Assembly (NCBI RefSeq): GCF_001457615.1
Contig: NZ_LN831024.1
Coordinates: forward strand, 3,810,001-3,842,000
Source of the DNA: Pseudomonas aeruginosa
GTDB lineage: Bacteria > Pseudomonadota > Gammaproteobacteria > Pseudomonadales > Pseudomonadaceae
Direction of reading: 5' to 3'
Length of the DNA stretch: 32,000 nucleotides
The notes under the pieces: generated by a model
What the model was told of the DNA's origin: nothing
The model's input: only the letters and a program-made list of their open reading frames with translations
The model's database searches: none
Part shown: in pieces, positions 21,382-32,000 of the stretch
Numbering within the stretch: the first letter of the stretch is position 1
Layout of the letters: each line of letters starts with the position of its first letter
Program-made: the position numbers and the translations under genes

Positions 21382-21750
21382 ATGCGTTCCTGGATCTATC
21401 TGTTACTGGCTATCGGCGCCGAAGTGATCGGCACCACCTCGATGAAACTGGCCGCCACCCACGCCCCTGTCGCAGGCATGCTGCTGATGTACGGGATGAT
21501 CGGCCTGTCCTATTTCTTCCTCGCCCTGGCGGTCAAGCGTGTCCCCGTCGGAGTCGCCTACGCCCTTTGGGAAGGCATTGGCATCGTCCTGATCACGGCG
21601 GTCAGCGTCGCCTGGCTGGGCGAAAGCATCGGCCTGTACAAGGCCGTCGGCCTCGGCGTGATGATCGCCGGCATCCTGCTGATCAAGTCCGGCACCCGCA
21701 ACGCCAGCGGCACGCCGGCGCAGTCCCGTGGGGAGGCCGTCACATGCTGA
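21382..21750 (+). CDS. Small multidrug resistance (SMR/EmrE-like) transporter subunit, 122 aa
   Basis: [27 protein letters not shown]...[29 protein letters not shown]; SD GGGAGGG 21371-21377. Confidence 0.88.
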   Translation: MRSWIYLLLAIGAEVIGTTSMKLAATHAPVAGMLLMYGMIGLSYFFLALAVKRVPVGVAYALWEGIGIVLITAVSVAWLGESIGLYKAVGLGVMIAGILLIKSGTRNASGTPAQSRGEAVTC

Positions 21751-22073
21751 CCCTGAACTGGATTCCCTTCGCCTGGCTCGGCCTGGCAATCGCCCTCGAG
21801 GTCGTCGCCAACCTGCTGTTGAAATACTCCGACGGTTTCCGCAGGCGCGGCCTCGGGATCGCCTCGATCCTCTGCGTGATGGCCGCCTTCACCGCGCTGG
21901 CGCAGGCGGTGAAGGACATCGAGCTGTCACTCGCCTATGCGATCTGGGGCGGCTTCGGCATCCTCGCCACCGTCGCCATGGGCTGGGCGCTGTTCGGCCA
22001 GCGCCTGGCCTGGCGCGGCTGGCTCGGCCTGTTGCTGCTGCTGGCCGGCATGAGCCTGCTCAAGCTGGCCTGA
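21744..22073 (+). CDS. Second SMR-family transporter subunit, 109 aa (probable heteromeric partner)
   Basis: [25 protein letters not shown]...[30 protein letters not shown]; overlaps the upstream SMR ORF by 7 nt. Confidence 0.85.
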   Translation: MLTLNWIPFAWLGLAIALEVVANLLLKYSDGFRRRGLGIASILCVMAAFTALAQAVKDIELSLAYAIWGGFGILATVAMGWALFGQRLAWRGWLGLLLLLAGMSLLKLA

Positions 22074-22775
22074 CGCCTCGGCGTCCAACGAAACGCCCAT
22101 CATCTGCAGGACCGCGGCGCCGGTGAACAACAGCAGTATCTGTTCCTCACCCAGGGCGCAGATTTCCCGACGCCGCTCCGGCTGGCCGATATAGTCCAGC
22201 GACAACTGAAACAGCTGGCGGCCGATCAGGCTGGAGAGGCGACGGATGGTCGCCTCGCTCACCGCCGGCAACAACCTGAATTCGATGATGTCCTCCGACA
22301 TGTCCTCGGCGAACTCATCCATGATCTGACGCAGGGCACCACGCAGCACCGGCGAAGCCCCATGCAGTTCGCGCACGCCGACGATGAACGCGGCGGGATT
22401 GCTCTCCACGAAGTCGAAGAACAGCCGCACCGTCTCCCGGCAGACCCGCCGCCCCCTTTCCAGGTCCAGCCCGAACGGCGTCGTCTGCGCTCGGGCGCCG
22501 GGCGCCGCACGAGTCGCGGCCTCGCGGCGAAGCTGGCGCAGCGGCTGGCGCAGCTGGGTAGAGATGTCGCGGATCATGGTCAGGCCAAGATCGTCGATAT
22601 CGCGGAAATGCCGATAGAAGGTGTTCGGATTCAGGCCCGCCTCGCGCGCCAGCTCGCGCAAGCCGATGGCCCCCAGGCTGCGGCTGCTGCTGCCCAGGCG
22701 CAAGGCCGCCTCCAGCAAGGCGCGTTTGCCGGGAGCGTCGGCAACCCTGTCCTTCGTTTCGTTCATATCGCTCAT
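21927..22775 (-). CDS. TetR/FabR-like transcriptional repressor, 282 aa with unusual C-terminal tail
   Basis: [31 protein letters not shown] near the N-terminus. Start chosen with upstream AGGTGG. The 3' end extends into the convergent SMR gene. Confidence 0.82.
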   Translation of the reverse strand: MSDMNETKDRVADAPGKRALLEAALRLGSSSRSLGAIGLRELAREAGLNPNTFYRHFRDIDDLGLTMIRDISTQLRQPLRQLRREAATRAAPGARAQTTPFGLDLERGRRVCRETVRLFFDFVESNPAAFIVGVRELHGASPVLRGALRQIMDEFAEDMSEDIIEFRLLPAVSEATIRRLSSLIGRQLFQLSLDYIGQPERRREICALGEEQILLLFTGAAVLQMMGVSLDAEASGQLEQAHAGQQQQQAEPAAPGQALAEQRPAHGDGGEDAEAAPDRIGE

Positions 22776-22845
22776 GTTCCACCTGGTTGTTTCCATGCGC
22801 CACAAGTTCGGCCGTTGCGCCGCGCCGACCCTACCTAAGGTTGGC

Positions 22846-22875
22846 TTGACCCTGAAGTATACAGATGTCTACATT
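22846..22875 (+). promoter_or_regulatory. Putative sigma70-type promoter of the monooxygenase-SDR operon
   Basis: TTGACC (22846-22851), 18-bp spacer, TACATT (22870-22875), overlapped by the operator-like palindromes. Confidence 0.5.
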
Positions 22876-22896
22876 CGCAGGTAGACGAGTGTATAC
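22857..22896. promoter_or_regulatory. Paired TetR-type operator: two 16-bp GTANAC-N4-GTNTAC sites in mirror arrangement
   Basis: GTATACAGATGTCTAC (22857-22872), 8-bp spacer, GTAGACGAGTGTATAC (22881-22896). Confidence 0.65.
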
Positions 22897-22927
22897 GCCA
22901 GCAAACAATCATAACAGGAGCTTGGCC

Positions 22928-24472
22928 ATGAGTACCCAACCCACCCCTGCCGCCGCCCGGCACTGCAAGGTCGCCATCATCGGCACCGGTTTCTCCGGGC
23001 TGGGGATGGCGATCCGTCTCCGCCAGGAAGGCGAGGACGACTTCCTGATCTTCGAAAAGGACGCCGGCGTCGGCGGCACCTGGAGAGTCAACAACTACCC
23101 TGGTTGCGCCTGCGACGTGCAATCCCACGTCTATTCCTTCTCCTTCGAAGCGAACCCGGAGTGGACGCGGATGTTCGCCCGCCAGCCGGAAATCCGCGCC
23201 TATCTGGAGAAGTGCTGGGAAAAATACCGCTTGCAGGAAAAGACCCTGCTGAACACCGAGATCGGCAAACTGGCCTGGGACGAGCGGCAAAGCCTCTGGC
23301 ACCTGCATGACGCCCAGGGCAACCATTACACCGCGAACGCCGTGGTTTCCGGCATGGGCGGCCTGTCCACCCCGGCCTATCCACGCCTCGATGGCCTGGA
23401 GAACTTCCAGGGCAAGGTCTTCCATTCCCAGCAGTGGGACCATGACTACGACCTCAAGGGCAAGCGCGTGGCGGTGATCGGCACCGGCGCCTCGGCGATC
23501 CAGTTCGTCCCGGAGATCCAGCCGCTGGTGGCCGCGCTCGATCTCTACCAGCGCACTCCGCCATGGATCCTGCCCAAACCCGACCGGGCAATCAGCGAAA
23601 CCGAGCGCCGGCGCTTCCGGCGCTTCCCGCTGGTGCAGAAGCTCTGGCGCGGCGGCCTCTACAGCCTGCTCGAAGGGCGGGTGCTGGGCTTCACCTTCGC
23701 CCCGCAGGTAATGAAGCTGGTGCAGCGCCTGGCGATCCGCCACATCCACAAGCAGATCAAGGATCCGGAACTGCGCCGCAAGGTCACGCCGGACTACACC
23801 ATCGGCTGCAAGCGCATCCTCATGTCGCACAACTACTACCCTGCCCTGGCTGCCGCCAACTCCACGGTGATCACCGAAGGCATCCGCGCCGTCACCGCCA
23901 ATGGAATCGTCGACGGCAACGGCCGGGAACGCGAGGTCGACGCGATCATCTTCGGTACCGGCTTCACCGCCAACGACCCTATCCCCCGCGGAGTGGTCTT
24001 CGGTCGCGACGGCCGCGACCTGCTGGACAGCTGGACCAAGGGCCCGGAAGCCTACAAGGGCACTACCACCGCCGGCTTCCCCAACCTGTTCTTCCTGATG
24101 GGACCGAACACCGGCCTCGGCCACAACTCGATGGTCTACATGATCGAGTCGCAGATCGCCTACGTCCTCGATGCGCTGAAGCTGATGAAGCGCCGCGAAC
24201 TGCTCAGTCTCGAGGTCAAGGCCCCGGTGCAGGAACGCTACAACGAATACCTCCAGCGCAAGCTGGACCGCAGCGTCTGGAGCGTGGGCGGTTGCAAGAG
24301 CTGGTACCTGCATCCGGTCAGCGGCCGCAACTGCACCCTGTGGCCGGGATTCACCTGGCGCTTCCGTGCCCTGACCCGGCAGTTCGACGCCTCCGCCTAC
24401 CACCTCACCACGACACCGCTCGCCGCCCTGAGCAACGAAGCCCGCCAACAGGCCGAAGGGGTACCCGCATGA
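22928..24472 (+). CDS. Flavin-dependent monooxygenase, Baeyer-Villiger type, 514 aa
   Basis: FAD motif IIGTGFSGLGMAIRL; BVMO fingerprint FQGKVFHSQQW; second Rossmann VAVIGTGASA. Confidence 0.88.
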   Translation: MSTQPTPAAARHCKVAIIGTGFSGLGMAIRLRQEGEDDFLIFEKDAGVGGTWRVNNYPGCACDVQSHVYSFSFEANPEWTRMFARQPEIRAYLEKCWEKYRLQEKTLLNTEIGKLAWDERQSLWHLHDAQGNHYTANAVVSGMGGLSTPAYPRLDGLENFQGKVFHSQQWDHDYDLKGKRVAVIGTGASAIQFVPEIQPLVAALDLYQRTPPWILPKPDRAISETERRRFRRFPLVQKLWRGGLYSLLEGRVLGFTFAPQVMKLVQRLAIRHIHKQIKDPELRRKVTPDYTIGCKRILMSHNYYPALAAANSTVITEGIRAVTANGIVDGNGREREVDAIIFGTGFTANDPIPRGVVFGRDGRDLLDSWTKGPEAYKGTTTAGFPNLFFLMGPNTGLGHNSMVYMIESQIAYVLDALKLMKRRELLSLEVKAPVQERYNEYLQRKLDRSVWSVGGCKSWYLHPVSGRNCTLWPGFTWRFRALTRQFDASAYHLTTTPLAALSNEARQQAEGVPA

Positions 24473-25356
24473 AGTCGTTCGAAAACAAAGTCGCCGCCAT
24501 CACCGGCGCAGGCTCGGGCATCGGTCGCGCCCTGGCCGTGGAGCTGGGCAGGCAGGGTTGTCACCTGGCCCTGGCCGACGTCAATGCCGCAGCTCTCGAG
24601 GAAACCCGCCAATTGCTCGCCAGCAGCGGGGTACGCGTCTCCACCGCGGTCGTCGACGTGGCCGACCGCGAGCAGGTGCAGGCCTGGGCCGACAAGGCGG
24701 CCAGCGAACATGGCCGGGTGAACCTGATCTTCAACAACGCGGGCGTCGCCCACGCAGGTACCGTGGAAGGCAGCGACTACTCGGAATACGAGTGGATCAT
24801 GAACATCAACTTCTGGGGCGTGGTGAACGGTACCAAGGCGTTCCTTCCGCACCTGAAGGCCTCCGGCAACGGCCACGTGGTCAATGTCTCCAGCGTCTTC
24901 GGGCTGTTCGCCCAGCCCGGCATGAGCGCCTACAACGCCACCAAGTACGCGGTGCGCGGCTTCACCGAGTCGTTGCGCCAGGAACTGGACATGGAGGACT
25001 CCGGCGTCTCCGCCAGTTGCGTGCATCCCGGCGGGATCAAGACCAACATCGCCAAGACCGCGCGAATGAACGAGAGCATGGCCAAGGTCACCGGCCAGGC
25101 TCCGGACAAGGCTCGCGAGCAATTCAACGACCAGTTGCTGCGGACCACCCCGGAGAAGGCCGCCCAGGTCATCCTGCGCGGCGTGCAGCGCGACAGCCGG
25201 CGCATCCTGATCGGCACCGACGCCCACGCGATCGACGTGATGCTGCGCCTGGCACCAGTGCTCTACCAGCGCCTGGTCACCGCCAGCATGCGCCTGGCAG
25301 CGCGCTTCGCGCCGCGCCCGAAGAGCCCCCAGGGCGCCCGCGAAGCCAGCGAGTGA
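24469..25356 (+). CDS. Short-chain dehydrogenase/reductase, 295 aa
   Basis: AITGAGSGIGRAL (TGxxxGxG), NNAGV, YNATKYAVRGF (YxxxK); ATGA overlap with the upstream monooxygenase. Confidence 0.88.
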   Translation: MKSFENKVAAITGAGSGIGRALAVELGRQGCHLALADVNAAALEETRQLLASSGVRVSTAVVDVADREQVQAWADKAASEHGRVNLIFNNAGVAHAGTVEGSDYSEYEWIMNINFWGVVNGTKAFLPHLKASGNGHVVNVSSVFGLFAQPGMSAYNATKYAVRGFTESLRQELDMEDSGVSASCVHPGGIKTNIAKTARMNESMAKVTGQAPDKAREQFNDQLLRTTPEKAAQVILRGVQRDSRRILIGTDAHAIDVMLRLAPVLYQRLVTASMRLAARFAPRPKSPQGAREASE

Positions 25357-25429
25357 ACAGGCCCGCCGGGTAGCCGCTAGGCTGCCCGGCACGTCATACT
25401 CGACGGCCAGTCTCCAGGGCACGGCCGTC

Positions 25430-25969
25430 ATGAACCCTCCCCTTCCTCACTTCCGCTACCATCCCGAACCGCTCGCCAGCGGCAGCATCGAGGCTTCCGC
25501 CACCACCTGCCAGTGCTGTGGCAAGGCTCGTGGCTACGTCTACACCGGTTCGCCCTATTCCCGCCACGAGTTGCCGCCCGGCAGCCTTTGCCCCTGGTGC
25601 ATAGCCGACGGCAGCGCGGCCGCGCGCTACGAAGCGAGCTTTTCCGACGACTATCCGCTGCTCGACGCCGGCGTCGCCGCGGATATCGTCACCGAAGTCT
25701 GCGAGCGCACGCCCGGCTACACCTCCTGGCAGCAGGAGCGCTGGCTGGTTTGCTGCGAGGATGCCTGCGCCTTTCGCGGCGACGCGGGGCGTGAGGAAAT
25801 CGGGCAACTGGGAGCCGAGGGCCTGGCGCAGCGTTTCGCCGACTTCGCCTGGCCGGCTATCACCTGGCAACGCCTCGTCGACGCCTATACGCCCGGCGGC
25901 AATCCGGCCATCTACCGCTTCGACTGCCTGCACTGTGGCCAGGCGCATTACGACCTGGACTTCACCTGA
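25430..25969 (+). CDS. CbrC (UPF0167)-like family protein, 179 aa
   Basis: LPHFRYHPEPLASGSI, CQCCGKARGYVYTGSPYS, SLCPWCIADGSAA...FSDDYPL, QERWLVCCEDACAFRG, FDCLHCG cysteine pattern. Confidence 0.8.
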   Translation: MNPPLPHFRYHPEPLASGSIEASATTCQCCGKARGYVYTGSPYSRHELPPGSLCPWCIADGSAAARYEASFSDDYPLLDAGVAADIVTEVCERTPGYTSWQQERWLVCCEDACAFRGDAGREEIGQLGAEGLAQRFADFAWPAITWQRLVDAYTPGGNPAIYRFDCLHCGQAHYDLDFT

Positions 25970-25981
25970 TAGAACGCGGCC

Positions 25982-27130
25982 CTACAACCCCATCTGCTTG
26001 CCGATGATCTCGTTCATGATTTCCCGCGAACCGCCGCCGATGGAGAGAATCCGGTTGTCGCGATACAGCCGCTCCACCAGGCTTTCGCGCATGTAGCCCA
26101 TGCCGCCGAGCACCTGCACGGCATCATAGGTCAGGCGATCGGCGACATCGGTGGCGAAGTTCTTGGCCATCGATATCTCCTTGATCACGCTCTTGCCGGC
26201 GGCCATCTTCGCTGCCTGGCGATAGGTGAACTCCCGGGAAACCTCCAGTTGCGTGGCCATTTCCGCGAGACGATGGCGCAGCACCTGGAACTTGCCGATC
26301 GGTTTGCCGAACGCTTCTCGCTCGCGCGCCCAGCGCAGCGACTCCTCCAGAGCCAGTTGCGCGGTCATGTTGGCCATCACCGCCAGGGCCAGGCGCTCGC
26401 TCTGGAAATTGGCCATGATGCAGGCGAAGCCGGCATTCTCCACGCCGATGAGGTTTTCCGCAGGCACCCGGCAGTCGTCGAAGAACAGTTCGGCGGTATC
26501 CGACGCCCACCAGCCCATCTTCTTCAGCTTGCGGCCGACACTGAACCCGGCAGTGCCCTTCTCCACCAGCAGCAGGCTGATGCCGGCGAAACCCTCGCCG
26601 CCGGTACGCACCGCCACCGTGTAGTAGTCCGCGCGCACGCCGCTGGTGATGAAGGTCTTGCTGCCGCTGACGCGATAGTGATCGCCATCGCGCACCGCAC
26701 GGGTCTTCAGGTTGGCCACGTCGGAGCCGCCAGAGGGCTCGGTGACCGCCAGGGCCATGATCTTCTCGCCGCGCAGCACCGCCGGCACTACCCGCTCGCG
26801 CACCTCGGGACGGGCCCACTTGACCACCGGAGGCAAGCCGATATCCAGCGATCCCAACCCGGCGACCAAGCCGCCGGAACCGCAGCGCATGAGCTCTTCG
26901 CTGGCCGCCACCTTGGCGAACAGATCGCCTTCGCAACTGCCGCCGTAGGCTTCCGGGTAGCCGATGCCGAGGATCCCGGCCGCGCCGGCCTTGAGATAGA
27001 GTTCGCGGGGAAATTCCTCGGCCTCCTCCCATTCATCGATGTACGGCAACACCTCGCGCTCGACGAAACGGCGAACCGAATCCCGGATCAGTTGATGGGA
27101 CTCGTCGAAGTACTGCTGGAAGTCAGTCAT
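25982..27130 (-). CDS. Acyl-CoA dehydrogenase, 382 aa
   Basis: YPEAYGGSCEGDLF, MALAVTEPSGGSDVANLKTRAVRDGDHYRVSGSKTFIT, YDAVQVLGGMGYMRE...YRDNRILSIGGGSREIM. Confidence 0.92.
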   Translation of the reverse strand: MTDFQQYFDESHQLIRDSVRRFVEREVLPYIDEWEEAEEFPRELYLKAGAAGILGIGYPEAYGGSCEGDLFAKVAASEELMRCGSGGLVAGLGSLDIGLPPVVKWARPEVRERVVPAVLRGEKIMALAVTEPSGGSDVANLKTRAVRDGDHYRVSGSKTFITSGVRADYYTVAVRTGGEGFAGISLLLVEKGTAGFSVGRKLKKMGWWASDTAELFFDDCRVPAENLIGVENAGFACIMANFQSERLALAVMANMTAQLALEESLRWAREREAFGKPIGKFQVLRHRLAEMATQLEVSREFTYRQAAKMAAGKSVIKEISMAKNFATDVADRLTYDAVQVLGGMGYMRESLVERLYRDNRILSIGGGSREIMNEIIGKQMGL

Positions 27131-27252
27131 GGCCGGGCTCCTGATGGGAGCCTCAGAACTTACCTAGCGCTTGCTTGGTTTTCAATACGGGAAACTGGCC
27201 ATCGGCGAGGGCGTATAGGCCGCCCGTCCTACGGATACGGGAGGCACAGAGC

Positions 27253-27849
27253 TCAGGAGATCGGCCGCCGTCCGGCCAGGGCGTGGGCCAAGGTGCCGCC
27301 ATCGACCAGCTCCAGCTCGCCGCCCAGCGGCACGCCATGGGCGATACGCGACAAGGTCAGGCCGCGGCCGGCCAGTAGCTGGGCGATATAGTGGGCGGTG
27401 GCCTCGCCTTCGACGGTGGGGTTGGTGGCGAGGATCACCTCGCTGAAGGCTCCGTCCCTGATCCGCGCTTCCAGTTCGGGAATGCCGATCGCCTCCGGCC
27501 CCAGGCCGTCGAGCGGCGACAGGTGTCCCTTGAGCACGAAATAGCGGCCGCGGTAGCCGGTCTGCTCCACCGCGAATACGTCCAGCGGGCCTTCCACCAC
27601 GCAGAGCAGCGAGTCGTCGCGTCGCGGGTCGGCGCACTGCGGGCACAGCTCCTCCTCGCTGAGGGTACGGCACTGCCGGCAATGACCGACCCCTTCCATC
27701 GCGGCGGTCAACGCCTGGGCCAGCTTCAGGCCGCCGCTGCGATCGCGCTCCAGCAGCATCAGCGCCATGCGCTGGGCCGACTTCTGCCCGACACCGGGAA
27801 GAATGCGCAGGGACTCGATCAGTTGGCGGATCAGCGGGCTGAAACTCAT
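27253..27849 (-). CDS. recR: Recombination mediator protein RecR, 198 aa
   Basis: [17 protein letters not shown]; zinc finger [22 protein letters not shown]; toprim [17 protein letters not shown]; [19 protein letters not shown]. Confidence 0.95.
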   Translation of the reverse strand: MSFSPLIRQLIESLRILPGVGQKSAQRMALMLLERDRSGGLKLAQALTAAMEGVGHCRQCRTLSEEELCPQCADPRRDDSLLCVVEGPLDVFAVEQTGYRGRYFVLKGHLSPLDGLGPEAIGIPELEARIRDGAFSEVILATNPTVEGEATAHYIAQLLAGRGLTLSRIAHGVPLGGELELVDGGTLAHALAGRRPIS

Positions 27850-27927
27850 GCAGGACTCGTCGGATAGAGGGAGGGGAATGGCTGCCGGGCGCCGTCCGAA
27901 GAAGGCGGACCCGGCACGAACGCGGGA

Positions 27928-28254
27928 TCAGAAGGGCATCTTGAAGCCGGGCGGCAGTTGCATGCCCGAGGTGAAGCCGGACATCTTTTCCTGGTTGTTC
28001 TGCTCGATCTTGCGCACCGCATCGTTGACCGCGGCCGCGATCAGGTCTTCGAGGATTTCCTTGTCTTCCTGCATCAGGCTGTCGTCCAGGCTGACGCGCT
28101 TGACGTCGTGGCGCCCGGTCATCACCACGCTGACCAGACCGGCGCCGGATTGCCCGGTCACTTCGGCGTTGGCCAGTTCTTCCTGCATCTTCTGCATCTT
28201 TTCCTGCATCTGCTGCGCCTGCTTCATCAGGCCGGCCATGCCACCTTTCATCAT
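27928..28254 (-). CDS. ybaB: YbaB/EbfC-family nucleoid-associated protein, 108 aa
   Basis: [41 protein letters not shown]...; conserved between dnaX and recR. Confidence 0.92.
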   Translation of the reverse strand: MMKGGMAGLMKQAQQMQEKMQKMQEELANAEVTGQSGAGLVSVVMTGRHDVKRVSLDDSLMQEDKEILEDLIAAAVNDAVRKIEQNNQEKMSGFTSGMQLPPGFKMPF

Positions 28255-28299
28255 GTTCTTCACCTCGAATGTCGTCTTGTTGCGTGCGCCAAGCGCCGG

Positions 28300-30375
<2,076 letters not shown>

Positions 30376-30504
30376 CGAAAACCGTCGCAGAAGGGAAGCA
30401 CAAGTCGGCCAATGCTAGCGCAATTTACCCCTTCTGCGCTCGCCGACTTGGCAAACTGCGTGCTAAGAATTCCCCTGGCCCTTCAGCAGCCCTCGTCGGT
30501 GGCA

Positions 30505-31278
30505 ATGACTCTACCTTCCCTGACATCGTTCATGCCTCATTTCGGCGCACCTGCGCTGCTCCTGCTGCAGTTGCTCGCGGCCCTGCCAGCGACGGCCGCG
30601 GAGACCGACGCGACGCCATTGCGCTTCTCGGTGATGGAAAGCTGGAGCATGCCGTTGGTCCGCCTGCAACGGGGCCAGCCGATCGACGGCATCGTCTACG
30701 ACATCACCCGCTCCCTTGCCCGGCAGGTCGGCCGCAAGGCGCTCTACCACCCCTACCCGCGCGGGCGCATCGAGCAGGCGATGAACGCTGGCGAAATCGA
30801 TGTCCGCTGCTACATCAGCCCCGCCTGGCTCAGCCACGACTTCCCCGGCTATCGCTGGAGCGTCGCGCTGCTGGTGCAACGCGACATCCTGGTCGCCCGC
30901 GAAGGCTTCGCGCCGATTCCCGAGGCGCTGCCGGCCCAGCGTATCGGTACCGTCCTTGGCTACAGCTATCCCCGCTTGCAAGCGCTGTTCGACATCGGCC
31001 GACTGCGCCGCGACGATGCGCGCACCCAGGATCTGGTGCTGGAAAAGCTGCGCGCCGGCCGCTACCGCTACGCGGTCAGCCATCAACTGTCGCTGCACTG
31101 GAGCAACCGCCAGGCGCCGGGGCAGCCGCCACTCCAGGAAGCCGCGCAGCTCGAAGAGACGGCGGTGAGCTGCATGGTGCGGGACTCCGCAGAGGTTCCG
31201 GTGGAAGCGATACTGAAGACGTTCGAGGAAATGAAGCGCAGCGGAGAGATCGAGGAGATACTGCAGCGCTACCGATAA
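30505..31278 (+). CDS. Periplasmic solute-binding-like protein (SBP_bac_3-type fold), 257 aa
   Basis: Signal-like FGAPALLLLQLLAALPATAAE, then LRFSVMESWSMPLVRL...GIVYDITRSLARQVGRKALYHPYPRGRIEQAMNAGEIDVRCY. The longer ORF start at 29506 is antisense to dnaX and rejected. Confidence 0.7.
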   Translation: MTLPSLTSFMPHFGAPALLLLQLLAALPATAAETDATPLRFSVMESWSMPLVRLQRGQPIDGIVYDITRSLARQVGRKALYHPYPRGRIEQAMNAGEIDVRCYISPAWLSHDFPGYRWSVALLVQRDILVAREGFAPIPEALPAQRIGTVLGYSYPRLQALFDIGRLRRDDARTQDLVLEKLRAGRYRYAVSHQLSLHWSNRQAPGQPPLQEAAQLEETAVSCMVRDSAEVPVEAILKTFEEMKRSGEIEEILQRYR

Positions 31279-31319
31279 GAGCGGCGGCGGCGTGCGGAAA
31301 ATGGCGGGCCTGAAATGGA

Positions 31320-31429
31320 GGCGGCCCCGCCAGCCACACCCCGGCACACGATGTTCCCGCTGTGGCTGCTTCCTTCCGGACCTGACCAGGTTGACGGGTA
31401 ATCGTTGCGGGGGGACCGACAGGGCCACC
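31320..31429 (-). ncRNA. ffs: Signal recognition particle 4.5S RNA (small bacterial SRP RNA)
   Basis: The minus strand contains the conserved apical domain CAGGTCAGGTCCGGAAGGAAGCAGCC. The ends pair (GGTGGCCC...GGGGCCGCC). Confidence 0.95.
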
Positions 31430-31459
31430 ATTGCAGCCTACCCTCGGGTAGGCCGCGCC

Positions 31460-31487
31460 ATTCTACCGGCTTGCGCGTAAGTTACAA
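31460..31487 (-). promoter_or_regulatory. Putative sigma70 promoter for ffs
   Basis: Minus strand TTGTAA-N16-TAGAAT, about 30 bp upstream of the mature 4.5S 5' end. Confidence 0.5.
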
Positions 31488-31531
31488 CCACTTCAAGCAC
31501 TTACGTTTGCAATCCATTTCGCGAAAGCGGT

Positions 31532-31909
31532 TCATTGCTGCTGGATCAGACCCTCCGGCGGCGGCTGGGTCGATACGCTCAGCTCGGTATCGACATACAG
31601 GTCCAGGGTGCCCCAGCCCGGCTTGGTGCTGAACGACGCATACTTCTCCTCACCGCGATGGAAGGAGAAGGCGATCCGGTAATCGCTGCCGCCGAACAGC
31701 TTCACCGGAAACTCGCGGACCTGGCCGGGCCGGATCTCCCCGGAGAAGGTTTCCACGCCCTGCTCCTTGTAGCTGTAGGCGATCGGCGCCGAAGCCTGGC
31801 CACTGTAATGCAGCAGGATGCGCGGCCGCTCGCTCCAACCCACGTAGGCGCCGAACAGCACCACCAATGCGAGCACGCCCAGCAACCGCTGCTTTCTTGC
31901 CTTGTCCAT
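31532..31909 (-). CDS. Hypothetical small protein with N-terminal TM/signal anchor, 125 aa
   Basis: MDKARKQRLLGVLALVVLFGAYVGWSERPRILLHYSGQASAPIAYSYKEQGVETFSGEIRPG.... Confidence 0.7.
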   Translation of the reverse strand: MDKARKQRLLGVLALVVLFGAYVGWSERPRILLHYSGQASAPIAYSYKEQGVETFSGEIRPGQVREFPVKLFGGSDYRIAFSFHRGEEKYASFSTKPGWGTLDLYVDTELSVSTQPPPEGLIQQQ

Positions 31910-31954
31910 CGTTAACTCCAGTCTTCGGAAATCTTTCGCAGCAGCGCCGCCGCT

Positions 31955-32000
31955 TCAGCGGGCGACGCCGTGCTCGTCAAACAGTTTCAGCAGGCCGTCT
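31955..32000 (-). CDS. 3' end of a gene truncated by the window edge (...DGLLKLFDEHGVAR*), possibly the ligA C-terminus
   Basis: Open minus-strand frame ending TGA at 31957-31955. Identity is suggested only by expected gene order and a BRCT-like tail. Confidence 0.35.
   Translation of the reverse strand, partial: DGLLKLFDEHGVAR

Noticed and set aside
22835-24448. 537-aa minus-strand ORF opposite the monooxygenase
   Set aside because: The strand opposite a GC-rich gene routinely stays open because of GC3 bias. The + strand frame has clear FAD and BVMO motifs; the minus product has no recognisable domain.

Overview
This 32 kb window is high-GC Pseudomonas chromosome and matches the P. aeruginosa aer - cco - hemN - anr - apt - dnaX/recR - ffs neighbourhood. 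It looks like ordinary core genome. I found no phage, IS element, CRISPR array, tRNA or rRNA. Main contents: an aerotaxis receptor; two tandem ccoNOQP cbb3 oxidase operons; the ccoGHIS-type assembly genes; hemN; the FNR-type regulator anr; apt; a PF10118-like hydrolase; a paired SMR transporter locus; a TetR / Baeyer-Villiger-type monooxygenase / SDR cluster; a CbrC-like protein; an acyl-CoA dehydrogenase; recR, ybaB and dnaX; 4.5S RNA; and two small uncharacterised genes. The most interesting candidate signals are all inferred from sequence: (1) a 28-codon upstream ORF before the SMR pair, with a perfect anti-Shine-Dalgarno heptamer 2 nt after its stop codon, which suggests a translation-coupled leader switch; (2) two 16-bp TetR-like operators in mirror arrangement overlapping the monooxygenase promoter; (3) a 100-bp exactly identical block at the ccoQ/ccoP junction of both cco operons; (4) a TetR-family gene whose 3' end overlaps the convergent SMR gene by 147 bp; (5) a 14-bp direct repeat at 21-bp period upstream of the PF10118-like gene. 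No complete, clearly novel multi-gene system could be demonstrated from sequence alone.
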